A DNA stretch of 64,000 nt from Sulfolobales archaeon HS-7 (lineage in GTDB: Archaea; Thermoproteota; Thermoprotei_A; Sulfolobales; Sulfolobaceae), in the NCBI GenBank assembly GCA_019704295.1, contig AP024596.1, positions 768,001 through 832,000 of the forward strand. The letters run 5' to 3'. The notes beneath the pieces were generated by a model. It was not told where the DNA came from. It was given only the letters and a program-made list of their open reading frames with translations, and did no database searches. How positions within the stretch are numbered: position 1 is the stretch's first letter; each line of letters starts with the position of its first letter. Positions 45,156 to 56,962 of this stretch are shown in pieces. A program made the position numbers and the translations under genes.

Positions 45156-45635
45156 GATCAAACACAACTTGCCCTAAATAATACTTCCTTAAATTTTGCA
45201 TAACTCATGTTAATGGTCTCCTAAAACGTTGATAATGGAATTGTCGACTTTCCATTTCATTGAGAAAAAAATGGAATTTCTCAAAAACACAGAAAAGTAC
45301 CGTAGCAAATTTCCCTATAGTAAAACTACTTCTTTTGTATAACTATCTGAGAGTTTTTTATTTAAAAAATCTCTAGAAAATAATATTATATTTTTAGCTA
45401 CTCTTATAAAAATATTTAGTTGATTTCCTAAAGTATTAAGCAATATCAACTTCTAGTTAAATAACTAAAATAAAATTAATTTCTATAAAAATATGAGAAA
45501 TATTACTACGTAACTTCAGAATTCGTCTTATATGAAATAATCTTATACAATAAAGAAATGATAGTATCGGTTAGCTAACACTAAATATATAACTTCTACG
45601 GGCACATTAATATTATATTTAAGTAGTGATAAGTA

Positions 45636-46613
45636 ATGGGAGAGAAGAGCGAAACGCGAGAGAAGAAAATTAAAAGCGTATCCGATTTATCTGGCATAGG
45701 TCCTACTACCCTTTCTAAACTTATTGAACAGGGATATTCATCATTGGAATCGATTGCTATAGCTACTCCACAAGATCTCAGCGCTGCTGCGGGAATACCA
45801 ATTACTGTAGCTCAGAAGATAATTAAAGAGGCGCGAGAAGCACTAGATATAAGGTTCAAAACTGCTTTGGAATTAAAACAGGAACGTCAAAATATTAAGA
45901 AAATAACAGTAGGTAGCCAAAGTCTAGACGGTCTATTAGGAGGAGGAATAGAGACTCGAACAATGACCGAATTTTTTGGTGAATACGGTTCTGGTAAGAC
46001 GCAGATATGTCTACAATTAAGCGTAAATGTGCAACTTCCCAACGATAAGGGAGGATTGGAGGGAAAAGCGGTTTATATCGACACTGAAGGAACATTCAGA
46101 TGGGAAAGAATAGAGGCTATTGCTAGGGGTTCTGGTCTCGATACGGACACCGTTATGAATAATATAATGTACATTCGCGCTGTAAACAGCGATCATCAGA
46201 TAGCTATTGTGGACGAACTTCAGGATATGATTGTAAAAGACCCGTCAATTAAATTAGTTATAGTTGATTCTGCGACTTCGCATTTTAGGGCAGAATACGC
46301 AGGAAGGGAGAACCTTGCTGTTAGGCAACAGAAATTGAACAGACATCTTCATCAGCTTATAAGGCTTTCTGAAATATATGATTTAGCGGTAGTAATAACG
46401 AATCAGGTTATGGCAAGACCAGACATGTTTTATGGAGATCCCACGCAGGCTGTTGGGGGACATACACTATATCATGCGCCGGGAGTAAGGATCCAGTTAA
46501 AGAAAAGCAGAGGAAATAAAAGAATAGCTAGAGTAGTTGACGCGCCGCATTTACCAGAAGGAGAGGCAGTTTTCGTAATAACCGAAGAGGGAATAAGAGA
46601 CGTAGAAGAGTAG
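45636..46613 (+). CDS. radA: DNA repair and recombination protein RadA
   Basis: [34 protein letters not shown]; no intein. Confidence 0.99.
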   Translation: MGEKSETREKKIKSVSDLSGIGPTTLSKLIEQGYSSLESIAIATPQDLSAAAGIPITVAQKIIKEAREALDIRFKTALELKQERQNIKKITVGSQSLDGLLGGGIETRTMTEFFGEYGSGKTQICLQLSVNVQLPNDKGGLEGKAVYIDTEGTFRWERIEAIARGSGLDTDTVMNNIMYIRAVNSDHQIAIVDELQDMIVKDPSIKLVIVDSATSHFRAEYAGRENLAVRQQKLNRHLHQLIRLSEIYDLAVVITNQVMARPDMFYGDPTQAVGGHTLYHAPGVRIQLKKSRGNKRIARVVDAPHLPEGEAVFVITEEGIRDVEE

Positions 46614-46656
46614 TCGTTATTTTAAATCACAGAGAATAAAAGTTAGGTTTGTGGGT

Positions 46657-47412
46657 TCAGAAAGGAGCTAACATTTTATGATTCCGTTTTTTGAGTTCAC
46701 TTAAACGGTTAATTATCTGCTGTTCATTCCTTAGTGTAGATACTATAACCGGTATCGATTCTATTTCGGATAAATATAAAGCAAGGTAATCAAGTTTTAG
46801 GGGCGAGTGAAGAGCTATAGCTTTTGGCTTTATAGGGGCAACTTTAGCCGCCACTAAAGGGGAGCGACCCGATGTAACTTTGGTGAAAATTAATATTCTG
46901 CCCACAGTATAGCCTAAAAATTGATAAAACTCATTACCGCTAAGCGTAGTAATTGATTTGATACTATCAGCTATAATATATCCAAAGAACTTTTCGTCGG
47001 GAACGAAAGAGTTTACTGGAATACCATCTAGCGCAATAATTAATTCGCTGAACGATATAGGTGGGTAAAAGTCTCCCATATCGATAATATAATTAAGGTT
47101 TACGCTAAACGTTTTCATTAATTCTTTAACTATCGGGAAGCCACGACTCTCGTCAATTCTTATCAAAGCATTTACATAGCGTCTAAGGAACTTCAATCCA
47201 GGAACTCTTCTTCCCCGTTCATAATCTACAATAACAGTCGGTGAAATACCCATAGCTTGCGCTAACTCTGTTTGACTTACGTCAAATATTTTTCTCCATT
47301 TGCGTAGGGCTTCATTAGCTTCCTCAGCATAACATATGTTACCCAAAATTCTTTCGCTAACTACTTGTATGAAGTATTCCTTACTCATTAATTTTTTAGA
47401 GTGGATATACAT
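46657..47412 (-). CDS. Xre-HTH transcriptional regulator (conserved archaeal family)
   Basis: LRKWRKIFDVSQTELA...DYERGRR; FTKVTSGRSPLVA. Confidence 0.85.
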   Translation of the reverse strand: MYIHSKKLMSKEYFIQVVSERILGNICYAEEANEALRKWRKIFDVSQTELAQAMGISPTVIVDYERGRRVPGLKFLRRYVNALIRIDESRGFPIVKELMKTFSVNLNYIIDMGDFYPPISFSELIIALDGIPVNSFVPDEKFFGYIIADSIKSITTLSGNEFYQFLGYTVGRILIFTKVTSGRSPLVAAKVAPIKPKAIALHSPLKLDYLALYLSEIESIPVIVSTLRNEQQIINRLSELKKRNHKMLAPF

Positions 47413-47425
47413 AAATATAATTAGA

Positions 47426-47500
47426 GGGTCCGTAGTCTAGCCAGGCCAGGATGCGAGGTTCGGGTCCTCGTGGTCGCGGGTTCAAATCCCGCCGGACCCA
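47426..47500 (+). tRNA. tRNA-Pro(CGG)
   Basis: GGGTCCGTAGTCTAG...CGAGG-TT-CGG-GT-CCTCG...GGTTCAAATCC. Confidence 0.95.
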
Positions 47501-47755
47501 TTTGTTACAAATTCTTAAATTATATATTTTTTATGTAAAATAGCCTTTGCACTTCAGTGTAATTATTATTTGAAATTTCTTAATGGTTTCTCAGGCGTCC
47601 TCGCGGAAGATAAGCTCAACTCTCCTTAACCTTCATCCCTACTTTTTAGAATAGGGGGACGAACTCTAAATTTAGCTTATTTAGACCTTAACCTAATTAT
47701 TATCCTTGAGTAAAAATAGAGCGTTATCCTTTAACGCATAATAGACTTCTTTAGT

Positions 47756-47917
47756 GAGCTATTCAGGTTTCCATTGCGAGTTGTAATTATAGCAAATAGG
47801 GATTAAATAAAGGAAATTGTTAAGTGTGAATCTTTACCTAGTCCATACCATTATATTCAATTAAATTCATTCTATTTTTTTAATAAACTCAATTCGCAAT
47901 GAACACATGAGTGGCCC
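47756..47917 (+). repeat. Family C MITE (162 bp)
   Basis: TIRs GAGCTATTCAGGTTTCCATTGCGAGTT / rc GGGCCACTCATGTGTTCATTGCGAATT. Confidence 0.88.
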
Positions 47918-47984
47918 TTAGTTCTCGTTGAGAACAATAATTGGTATTCACTGTTTTTAATACAATTATCACCACTAGATTTTT

Positions 47985-48075
47985 TGGGCCCGCTGGGATT
48001 CGAACCCAGGACCACCCGGTCTCCCGTTCTATTAGAATATGAGCCGGGCGCTCTACCGAGCTGAGCTACGGGCCC
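47985..48075 (-). tRNA. tRNA with CAT anticodon, probably Ile2, with a 17-nt intron at 37/38 (48021-48037)
   Basis: GGGCCCGTAGCTCAG...CCCGG-CT-CAT-A[TTCTAATAGAACGGGAG]A-CCGGG; the GGGCCC acceptor stem is Ile-like. Confidence 0.9.
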
Positions 48076-48117
48076 TCCTCAATACATTACATGCATTACT
48101 TAATAAAAGTTTTTGAC

Positions 48118-49490
48118 CAGTCTTGTTTCGCCAAAAAATCTCACGCTTATAAGATATTATTAGGGTAACTTATACATAGAAATATAGGATTAAGTCAACT
48201 TAAGAGACATAACAATGTGATATGTTTAGTCGAAATCTGCTACATTTTACAAGTTAATGATAATAAACACAAGAAGTTCTGAATTTACCTCACGAGGTTA
48301 AAGCAAGGTACATAGTCGACCTTGTAGCCTGAAAACGCCTAGAGGAGGTTGACGAACTGGTCAAACGCTAGGGGCTTTTCTCCTAGTGGCTTAAAGTTAA
48401 ACGAGAGGAAGAGGTAAAAGTTCCACGCAGTGTCTAGGAGCGCGTAGATCAGGTAGAGGTGTTTGCATAACCTCCTGATGAGTTCTATCCTTGCTTTCCT
48501 CGTCTTGAACCCTTCCTCTACGCCTCGACCTGTAGGTCTTGGCTAACTCGTAGGGATCTTCCTTGATGTTGGTCACGAAAACGAAGTGCGTTAGTTTCCC
48601 CTTATGTTTCACGTAAATCACGTCGTAATAGTCCCTCGTACTCTAGCCTTCTATAAGCAACGTAAGTTCTATCCTTAACCGTGTGGTATTTCACGGTAAG
48701 GGGCTGGGTAAAGAGTTCCTTAACTCCTTTCAGGTAGCTCTTCCCTCTGATCACCGCTTTTGCGGGTAACTCCTTGAGGATCTCGAGGTTGAGGAATCCA
48801 ACGTCTGCTACAATGTAACTCAAGTTGACGTATTGCAAAGCCTTATTGAGAACTCTTGAAGAAACTCAGAGGGCTTTTGATCCCCTCGAGCTGCGAATGG
48901 GTAACCACGTTGCACCTCACGGGAGACAAGGGATCAGCAGATCTAACCTTTCCCGAGAAGAGTTCGTCCTCTACCCCCTTCTCTTCCTTTTCTCCCACCC
49001 TCAGGAAGGTCTCGTCGAATCCCAGCACAATCTTCTCAGAGAAGATCGAGCTCAGCTCCCAGAACTCTAAGGTTTTACCCAAGAGTTCCCCTAGCTTTTT
49101 CCCTTGTCTTACAAGGGATATGTAGTCCTTCCCTCTATTCCCCAAGAGGAGGGATTTAATCCTTCCGATAATGTCACGAAATTAGAGAAAATCTTCTTGA
49201 ACACTTCCTTTGCTATTAGCGAGGGATCTGTCCTTCACTAGTTTGGTTCTCCTTATACCAAGGCTTGGGAAGTCCCTCGCTTAAAATTTAACGTCCTCAT
49301 TTCTACCCACTTTATAACATACAAGGTATTACCACGCGTGTAAAAACTAGGTTACACACCTTTTACTGAGATAAAAATTGTTCCTTTCTCCACTTTAGCC
49401 GAAATTTAGCGAATTTCTACTCTCTTAAGCGGAATTTTCCCCTGTTTTAGAAATTGTCTCATTTTTAGTAAAATTTATTAAACACGACCG
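48118..49490 (-). mobile_element. ISH3/IS4-like insertion sequence (~1370 bp), inactivated
   Basis: Termini CAGTCTTGTTTCGCCAA (48118) and rc CGGTCGTGTTTAATAAA (49490); frameshifted transposase inside. Confidence 0.85.
48338..49258 (-). pseudogene. DDE transposase pseudogene (IS4 superfamily, ISH3-like)
   Basis: VLGFDET, IVADVGF, VIRGK, FVTN, YRSR..VEEGFK (YREK-type motif) across three ORF fragments. Confidence 0.85.
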
Positions 49491-49591
49491 ACTCGATGTG
49501 AACTTGCAATGTCCCAATGCGGAATTAACATTGTGCTTGAAGTTGAAGCAAAATATTTATTACTAAATGCCCCTTGTAAGTATAAATCTCT

Positions 49592-49999
49592 TTAACTATA
49601 CCAAAGGTCCAAACCTAAAAATAGCAATCCTAATCCTGACATCAGTCCTGTGAAGCTAAGTACGATCGATGATATAATTGTTACTATAGCCATAACAAAT
49701 ACTATTAGCGTATACATATAGCGTAGTCCCATGAAAGAGTATTTCTCTCCGAAGAACAACTCTAAAATTTTCTCACTACCAGTAGCTGCAAAGAAAATTC
49801 TTTCTACTCCCATAATCATCCCTGCAAAGAATATTATTGTAAGATATGATTGAATTGAATAAAATGAGAAAAACTGTGACATAGGAGGAAGATAGTACCT
49901 AATGAAAAGATATCCTCCACTTATCATTAATATACCCGATATTATGCTTACAACTCTTCTCGCCGTATTAGTCTTGAAGAGTTTTTTTATTACTTCCAT
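49592..49999 (-). CDS. Hypothetical membrane protein (about 4 TM helices)
   Basis: Hydrophobic ORF; start taken at ATG 49999. Confidence 0.7.
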   Translation of the reverse strand: MEVIKKLFKTNTARRVVSIISGILMISGGYLFIRYYLPPMSQFFSFYSIQSYLTIIFFAGMIMGVERIFFAATGSEKILELFFGEKYSFMGLRYMYTLIVFVMAIVTIISSIVLSFTGLMSGLGLLFLGLDLWYS

Positions 50000-50786
50000 T
50001 TGAGAGTATACCCTCAATATACGTTATAACTCTTCTCCTTTCTTGAAAAGCGGACTCGAGATAATTCCCTACAAAATGTTTGAAGTTGTTAGTTATCACT
50101 TCTGACATTCTTAGGCCGAATTCATTAGACATAAAATCTATAGTATATTTTACGTCACAAGGTTCCCCTTTTCTTCCTTTTTCAAAGGAGAGATAGGGCG
50201 AATCCGTTTCAGTGAGAATTCTATCAATAGGTATATTTTTCATTATATATTGTCTATTTTTATCTCTTAATATAACAGGAGGAAAAGATATATATCCCCC
50301 AATCTCAACGACCTTTAGAGCATCTTTTAGACTTCCTTCATATGCATGTATTGCAAATTTCACGTTATATGAGCGTATAACATTTATGAAGTCACTCATA
50401 CCTCCCCTAATATGTAGTATTACTGGTCTACTACCCTTATCCGCAATCTCTAATATTTTTTCTAAGATCTCTATCTGTTTTTTTCTTAATTCTCTATCCT
50501 TTATCCAAAAATAGTCTAGACCAACCTCACTTATGGGTAATTCAAACAGCGGAATTAATTCTAAGGATTTCTGAACTGTTATTACATTAGATATATTTTC
50601 AGGGTGTATACCTAAAGCAGGTATTAAATTTTCGTTGTTAATATAGTGATATAAAACTCGTAAGTCCGTCTCATAATCAACTCCAGCATTTATTGCAAGG
50701 ATTCTGCATTTATTTATTTTACTGACTTCATCATTGGTAAATAAGTGAGTATGAACGTCTATATATATATCGTCTAAGTGTACCAT
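49968..50786 (-). CDS. tatD: TatD-family nuclease
   Basis: IDVHTH, GIHPE, SEVGLDY, LHIR, LTETDSPY. Confidence 0.93.
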   Translation of the reverse strand: MVHLDDIYIDVHTHLFTNDEVSKINKCRILAINAGVDYETDLRVLYHYINNENLIPALGIHPENISNVITVQKSLELIPLFELPISEVGLDYFWIKDRELRKKQIEILEKILEIADKGSRPVILHIRGGMSDFINVIRSYNVKFAIHAYEGSLKDALKVVEIGGYISFPPVILRDKNRQYIMKNIPIDRILTETDSPYLSFEKGRKGEPCDVKYTIDFMSNEFGLRMSEVITNNFKHFVGNYLESAFQERRRVITYIEGILSNGSNKKTLQD

Positions 50787-51247
50787 TTAGATAAGATTGT
50801 AGTCCTTACGCATTATTAATTTTTAGCAAATTACGTCGCTCGTCGAATTTTACGGTAAGTGGTCATTATGTGAACGAGCTTTTTACCCTATAATCCCCCT
50901 TCGCCAAAGGTCTAGTGGGTCTGGGTCTATAAACGCTAACGATAATTTTTTAGTTACTCACCTAAAACCCACACTTGAAATCATTATGCAATCCTAGCAT
51001 ATAAGGTAAAGGCTCACCGATTTACCATTAATTTGACTAAGACATATTCACATTAATTCTTCCATTAGTGGCTATTATTAAGGAAACTCGTAACAAAACC
51101 TTATGCCGTCAGAAATAGAAACATACAGAACGCAATTTCCGTTTGTAGGCGGATTCTAGGAAACCGTTTAATAGCAATGAAATGAGGTAGCGGAGTTAGT
51201 TTTATGTTCTTCAAATAGTTATATACTCAAAGTTAACTAGTGAGGTA

Positions 51248-51952
51248 GTGATACAAGTGAGCAAAGAATACGTTATTGCTAAGTATGAGAGTCATGGAGA
51301 GCGATTTGAGATTTTAGTTAAGCCTAAAGAAGCCCTAGAACTACGTAAAGGAAAATCAATTTCAATCTCTGACATAGTTGTATCAGACAACATCTATAAA
51401 GACGTTAAAAAAGGTTTAAAAGCTTCGCCATCCTCTCTAAAGAAGGTCTTTGGTACTCTAGACTACGAGACTATAGTGAAAGAAATAATTATGAAAGGAG
51501 AAATACCATTAACTTCCGAGCAGAGAAAGGAAATATTAGAGTCTAAAAGAAAACAGATATTGAACTTTATTGCAAAAAATACTATAGATCCTAAAACTAA
51601 TATGCCAATACCTCTATCGAGAATCGAAAACGCAATGGAACAAGTCAAGGTATCAATTGATCCTAATAAAGATGTGGAGCAACAATCTCTTCAAATAATT
51701 AAGGAATTAGTTAAAATTATTCCAATCAAAATGGCTAGAGCATTGGTAGAAATTACGATACCTGCAAAATATAGTTCTCGAGTAAAAAATCAGGTTCAGT
51801 CGTTAGGTGATATAAAGAAAAGTAGATGGCTTTCTGATGGAACATGGATAGTGGAAATGGAGATTCCTGCTGGTGCTCAATCCGAGATTATAAATAGAAT
51901 AAACTCCCTAACAAAAGGTGAAGGAGAAGTAAAAATATTACAGGTGAGCTAG
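51248..51952 (+). CDS. Ribosome maturation factor SBDS/Sdo1
   Basis: GERFEILV, KKVFGTLD, PLTSEQRKE, RIENAM. Confidence 0.96.
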   Translation: MIQVSKEYVIAKYESHGERFEILVKPKEALELRKGKSISISDIVVSDNIYKDVKKGLKASPSSLKKVFGTLDYETIVKEIIMKGEIPLTSEQRKEILESKRKQILNFIAKNTIDPKTNMPIPLSRIENAMEQVKVSIDPNKDVEQQSLQIIKELVKIIPIKMARALVEITIPAKYSSRVKNQVQSLGDIKKSRWLSDGTWIVEMEIPAGAQSEIINRINSLTKGEGEVKILQVS

Positions 51953-52669
51953 ATGGCAGGAAAAATAATAGTAAAGGATAGAGAAATAGTTATACCTGGG
52001 GATGTAGTAGCCGAAGGGGATATCAATCTCCCATGGTCTCCATATTTAGTGAAATTTGAGGGTAAATATATTGTAACAACAATTGCACTGGCAGAAGTAC
52101 AGGAAAATCATATTACATTAATTCCCCTAGAGGGAAGTAAATATATACCTCGTATAGGGGATGAAGTTATTGGATTGGTTACCGATGTGTCTCAATTAGG
52201 TTGGGAATTAGATATAAACTCGCCATATTTGGGGTACCTTCCTGCTTCATCTTTATTAGGGAGACCGGTAAATCCTGGCGAGGAGTTAAGAAGATATTTA
52301 GATATTGGCGACTACGTCTTGGGGAAAATAGAGGCCTTTGACAGAACCACTGACCCTTTGTTAACTGTTAAAGGTAAAAATCTGGGGAGAATTCCTAGCG
52401 GAATAGTTCTTGATATATCTCCAAACAAGGTTCCACGAGTGATAGGCAGGAATAAAAGTATGTTAAATACCTTAGTTAGTGAAACCGGCTGCGATATTAT
52501 AGTCTCTGAGAATGGAAGAATATGGGCTAAATGTCCCTCAAAACAACTTGAAGATCTACTAATATTGGCTTTGAAAAAAATAGAAACAGAAGCACATATA
52601 AAAGGGTTAACTGATAAAATAACCCAGTTACTCAAGCAGAGGGTAGGGGAAATCAATGCAAAAACCTAA
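51953..52669 (+). CDS. rrp4: Exosome cap protein Rrp4
   Basis: [18 protein letters not shown] motif [16 protein letters not shown]. Confidence 0.96.
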   Translation: MAGKIIVKDREIVIPGDVVAEGDINLPWSPYLVKFEGKYIVTTIALAEVQENHITLIPLEGSKYIPRIGDEVIGLVTDVSQLGWELDINSPYLGYLPASSLLGRPVNPGEELRRYLDIGDYVLGKIEAFDRTTDPLLTVKGKNLGRIPSGIVLDISPNKVPRVIGRNKSMLNTLVSETGCDIIVSENGRIWAKCPSKQLEDLLILALKKIETEAHIKGLTDKITQLLKQRVGEINAKT

Positions 52670-53378
52670 ATTAATACTTGATGATGGAAAGCGTACGGAT
52701 GGGAGAGCACCGGAGGAACTTAGGAAAACCATCTTTGAAGTAGGTATATTAAAAAACGCTGACGGCTCGGCGTTAGTTCAGGCCGGTAATACTAAGGTAA
52801 TTGCTGCGGCCTATGGTCCTAAGGAAATGCATCCTAAACATTTAGCACTTCCAGATAGGGCAGTATTAAAAGTAAGGTATCATATGGCACCCTTTTCTAC
52901 TGATGATAGGAAGAGTCCAGCACCGTCAAGAAGGGAAATTGAAATTTCAAAAGTCATAAGGGAGACATTAGAGGGAAGTGTTCTACTTGAACTTTTTCCC
53001 CGAGCAGAGATAGATGTTTTTGCAGAGGTTATTCAGGCTGATGCAGGGACGCGGTTAGCGTCGTTAATGGCATGTTCTCTTGCTCTAGTAGATGCGGGTA
53101 TTCCTGTGAAAGATATGATAGCAGCGGTAGCCGTAGGTAAAGCAGATGGATTATTAGTATTGGATTTAAACGAAGCTGAAGATATGTGGGGAGAGGCGGA
53201 CATGCCTGTAGCAGTCATGCCATCTTTAAATCAAATCGTGTTATTACAGCTTAATGGGAGCATGACCAGGGAAGAGTATAGGAAAGGGCTTGAATTGGCT
53301 ATCAAGGGTATACAACAATTATATGCGATGGAAAAGGAAGTTATAAGAAACAAATATATAGAATATAAGGAGGAGTAA
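52656..53378 (+). CDS. rrp41: Exosome phosphorolytic subunit Rrp41
   Basis: [33 protein letters not shown]. Confidence 0.97.
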   Translation: MQKPKLILDDGKRTDGRAPEELRKTIFEVGILKNADGSALVQAGNTKVIAAAYGPKEMHPKHLALPDRAVLKVRYHMAPFSTDDRKSPAPSRREIEISKVIRETLEGSVLLELFPRAEIDVFAEVIQADAGTRLASLMACSLALVDAGIPVKDMIAAVAVGKADGLLVLDLNEAEDMWGEADMPVAVMPSLNQIVLLQLNGSMTREEYRKGLELAIKGIQQLYAMEKEVIRNKYIEYKEE

Positions 53379-53379
53379 A

Positions 53380-54234
53380 ATGTCAATTACACCGTCACCA
53401 CAATCACCTGTTCCGATTATTAAGAAGGAGTCAATGTTAAGTATGATCGAGCGTGGTATCAGAGAGGATGGAAGAAAAACTACAGACTATAGGCCTATAA
53501 ATATAGAACTTGGATATGCTGCTAAGGCGGATGGTTCTGCTTTAGTGAAGATAGGGGATACAACAGTATTAGCAGGAGTTAAGGTAGAAGATGGTTTACC
53601 CATGGAGGATTCGCCAGAACAAGGCAATCTTTTTGTAAATTTAGAACTACCTCCGATAGCATCAGAATCATTTGAGTTGGGACCGCCAGATGAAAATGCT
53701 ATAGAGTTAGCTAGGGTAGTAGACAGAAGCTTAAGAGATTCAAAAATGATTGATCTTTCTAAATTATCTATCATACCAGGTAAAAAAGTATGGAATATAT
53801 GGGTAGATATTTATGTATTAGATCACGGAGGAAACATTCTAGACGCAAGTACTTTGGCTGCCGTAGCAGCTCTCTACACTACTAAAATACCTAAATATGA
53901 AATAAATGGCGAAGAAATAATAATAGACAAGTCACAAACTTTATTTGCAATGCCAGTTAATTATCCGGTTGTAACGGTAACAGTGGGGAAAATAGGAAAA
54001 TATTTCATAGTCGATCCAAACATAGAAGAAGAACAAATATTAGATGCGAAAGTATCCTTCTCTTACACGCCAGAACAGAGAATTGTTGGCATACAAAAGA
54101 CAGGTAGTGGAAGCTTATCCTTTGAGGAAATCACTGAGGCTGAGAATATTGCGTCGAGCTGTTCAGTACAACTTTTAGAAGAACTTAAAAAGAACGTTCT
54201 GAATACCGTAAGTACTGGTGTTAATAATGGCTAA
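53380..54234 (+). CDS. rrp42: Exosome subunit Rrp42
   Basis: REDGRK, GPPDENAIELARVVDRSLR, DHGGNILDA. Confidence 0.97.
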   Translation: MSITPSPQSPVPIIKKESMLSMIERGIREDGRKTTDYRPINIELGYAAKADGSALVKIGDTTVLAGVKVEDGLPMEDSPEQGNLFVNLELPPIASESFELGPPDENAIELARVVDRSLRDSKMIDLSKLSIIPGKKVWNIWVDIYVLDHGGNILDASTLAAVAALYTTKIPKYEINGEEIIIDKSQTLFAMPVNYPVVTVTVGKIGKYFIVDPNIEEEQILDAKVSFSYTPEQRIVGIQKTGSGSLSFEEITEAENIASSCSVQLLEELKKNVLNTVSTGVNNG

Positions 54235-54439
54235 GGGAAGTGGAGTATCCAAAAGGTTTGGCGCTCGTTACGGATTTACATTAAGGAAAAAATGGGAAAA
54301 GGTAATGATAAGGAGATATGATGAGCATGAGTGTCCATATTGTAAAAGTAAAGGAAAAATAATAAGGATAAGCAGTGGAATCTGGACTTGTAAGAAGTGT
54401 AACAATGTATGGGCCGGTCCCGCATATACGCCAACCTAA
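54227..54439 (+). CDS. rpl37ae: 50S ribosomal protein L37Ae (eL43)
   Basis: RFGARYG, CPYC...GIWTCKKC, AGPAY. Confidence 0.96.
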   Translation: MAKGSGVSKRFGARYGFTLRKKWEKVMIRRYDEHECPYCKSKGKIIRISSGIWTCKKCNNVWAGPAYTPT

Positions 54440-54992
54440 TGTTATATTAACAACCAGCAGAAAGTCTTCTCCACGCGTAAGGCATTTACTAAATTATTTA
54501 GAGGAGATTTTACCCCTTACTTTGAAGTTCAATAGAGGAAAGAGCTCTTTTCAGTACATATTACATACAACAAAAGCTCTAGGTGCCAACTACTTATTTT
54601 ATGTAACTTCGAAAAATGGTAATCCCGATTACATTTATTTTATAGATATTAAAGACTACTCTGTAGTTAAGATTCCAATACTCGGTGTAAGTCTACCTGT
54701 TGATAAACAAGTTGTTAAACGCAGGTTAAAAGCCCCATGTATAGAGAGAAGTGACGATATTCAGATAACCCGAATATTAATTGAGATGGGTGCTTCAATA
54801 GGAATTTGTAAACCTACGATAGACATCAGGACAGTCGATGGAAGTCTAATCATATCTTTCTCATACAGAGAAGACAACTTTCTATGGATTAAAATAAATT
54901 CATATACATTTGAAAAAGTCAACGAGTTTATAAATTATGATAAGTGGATAAGGAAGGGAGAGATAGCAGGAAATGATGAATCTCATATATGA
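54375..54992 (+). CDS. Brix/Imp4-domain protein (start uncertain)
   Basis: ILTTSRKSSPRVR, NRGK, GNP; expected position in the exosome operon. Confidence 0.85.
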   Translation: MESGLVRSVTMYGPVPHIRQPNVILTTSRKSSPRVRHLLNYLEEILPLTLKFNRGKSSFQYILHTTKALGANYLFYVTSKNGNPDYIYFIDIKDYSVVKIPILGVSLPVDKQVVKRRLKAPCIERSDDIQITRILIEMGASIGICKPTIDIRTVDGSLIISFSYREDNFLWIKINSYTFEKVNEFINYDKWIRKGEIAGNDESHI

Positions 54993-55214
54993 AGCCTTAA
55001 ATCTTATAAATTTCTCTAGAAATTATTAAACTTAGTAGAATTAAGGGGGGCAGAAGACCTGTAGGAATGGATACCCCTTCTAGTAAGGTTTTTATAGTGG
55101 AAGAAACTATAACGTGTCTTAGGTCTCAGCTGTAAGAGCTTTTACGTTTGAAACTGTTAATACGACAAATAGGATAAAGCGTTACTCGTTAATTAGAACT
55201 TAAAGAAAAGTATA

Positions 55215-55808
55215 TTAATTTTTTAATGCTATGAAAACTGTATATCCTTGCTTTCGGATTTTTTTGTTTACTGAATAATTATATTTTTTTAAAGTATCCT
55301 CTACAACATTTTCACCTTTTTTTACAACAATTTCTAATAGTGCATTCGTTTTAAGCCTATTTTTAGCATCATTTACCATTTTAATGATAAATTCTGAACC
55401 TTTAGCTAATGGCGGATTGCTTATTATCGCATCGAATTCATTTTCGTTAAAGCTGTCAAGTAAATTAGTCTTAACCACTAAAGTTCTGTCCCCTACCTTA
55501 TTTAGAGTGCAATTATACTTTGCTAATTTAATGGCTACCGGATTTACATCGCTCATTACAACTTTTATAGCTGGATTCTTCAGTGCTATATATATACCTA
55601 TAACCCCTATACCGCAACCCAAGTCTAACACCTTTCCTTCCTGCGGTATAACTAAGTTCTCAAGTAAAATTTTAGTTCCTTTATCTATCCTGTTTTTTGA
55701 AAATACGTTATCCGAACTAACTAATGTTAACGGAATACCATCGATTACTTCAGTTACTACATATTTTTTGCCTGTTAACTTCGAGTTCTCGTCATAGTAA
55801 TGGGTCAT
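55215..55808 (-). CDS. Class I SAM methyltransferase (RsmC/MTS-like)
   Basis: VFSKNRIDKGT, LDLGCGIG, ISNPP. Confidence 0.9.
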   Translation of the reverse strand: MTHYYDENSKLTGKKYVVTEVIDGIPLTLVSSDNVFSKNRIDKGTKILLENLVIPQEGKVLDLGCGIGVIGIYIALKNPAIKVVMSDVNPVAIKLAKYNCTLNKVGDRTLVVKTNLLDSFNENEFDAIISNPPLAKGSEFIIKMVNDAKNRLKTNALLEIVVKKGENVVEDTLKKYNYSVNKKIRKQGYTVFIALKN

Positions 55809-55936
55809 CTTTCACACGATCTGGCTGATGTCATTAGGAAGTAATGATAAATCTAATAGTGCGTTTACTTTCTAATTTCTGAATCGTAATGGTAATTTCA
55901 CCTTGGCAAGTTTATGGAGGATTCCCATAGTAAAGG

Positions 55937-56962
55937 TCATTTTTTGTATTGAGGGTATAATCCTGGTTCCATAAATACTTTATCGGGTACTAACGCTTGG
56001 CCTTTTTTAGCTGTCTCAATATCGTTGGAGTTGACTATAGCTTTACCTATTGCAACCAACTCACCTCGTTGAGTAATAATCGCTACGAGATCTCCTTTTC
56101 TAAATCTTTCATATGCTAATATACCAGGAATCATCAATGGGTACCCGTGACATAATGGATCCACTGCATAGTTACTGGTAACCACTTTAGGAAGATTACA
56201 TATACCATACTCCATTGGTAATAGGTATTTTCTTAGCCAGCTATCATCGTTACATTTTTTCCACATATATAAAGCCTCTGAAAGTTGGTGAAGTGTTACA
56301 CTCATTTCCTCTGTGAAAATGCCAGATCTAATTCGTCTTAATTCTCTCATATGTGCACCATATCCTAGTATAATACCCATATCATGACATATTTTCCTTA
56401 TGTAGGTTCCAGCTTCGCATGATATTTTGAATAGAACTAAGTTACCCTTAAATTCGATGAAGTTTATATCATATACTTTTTTTATCCTTAATCGCCTTTT
56501 AACTGACGACCTAACCGGAGGTTTTTGATAAATTTCCCCAACAAATTTTCTTCCAACAGTTTTAATCAAATCTTCATCAACCTGATTAGTATGCAATTGC
56601 ATTAAAGTAACGTACTCCTTTACATCTTCCGTTATTATCTTCATTAATTTCCTAGCATCCCCTATACCTATTGGTAAAACACCGGACACGTTGGGATATC
56701 TCCGTCTTTACGACTCTAGAGTTCCCCCATGTCCGGCTTTCTGAACCCCTAATAACTGTTTAACCCAATAAGCTACTTGATGACTTGAAGGACCAGGCGG
56801 TTTATCTAATACTATTATCGACTTACTTATGTATCTCGAAATCTCTCTATTCCATGGATCTTCACCGTAATTCTTTAGTATCTCTTCATCTTTTACAACC
56901 GTCCACTCGTTAAAGTAATTACAGAACCTCTCGATCCTTTCTACTTGTTCGAAACTTTTCAT
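55937..56962 (-). CDS. cbf5: H/ACA pseudouridine synthase Cbf5, spliced: join(56962..56716, 56697..55937), 335 aa
   Basis: Exon 1 DKPPGPSSH...GHGGTL; exon 2 PNVSGVLP, QKPP, GTYIR, PUA domain; removing 18 nt restores GTLDPNVSG. Confidence 0.95.
56698..56715 (-). other. 18-nt BHB-type pre-mRNA intron in cbf5
   Basis: GGGAA-CTCT-AG^A-GTC-GTAAA-GAC-GGAG-AT^A-TCCC; carries an in-frame TAA. Confidence 0.9.

Noticed and set aside
45156-45635. 480-bp AT-rich gap upstream of radA as a replication origin or damage-regulated promoter
   Set aside because: No ORB-like repeats and no cdc6/whiP neighbour; the ANTTTC-like hexamers are expected by chance at this AT content
55045-55085. AGAAGACCTGT...TGG.TA.CCC similarity to 10470-10500
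   Set aside because: Match of only ~25 bp; possibly IS605 left-end scraps but not supportable
55937-56962. cbf5 as a pseudogene or truly split gene
   Set aside because: The BHB fold and exact restoration of GTLDP favour an intron
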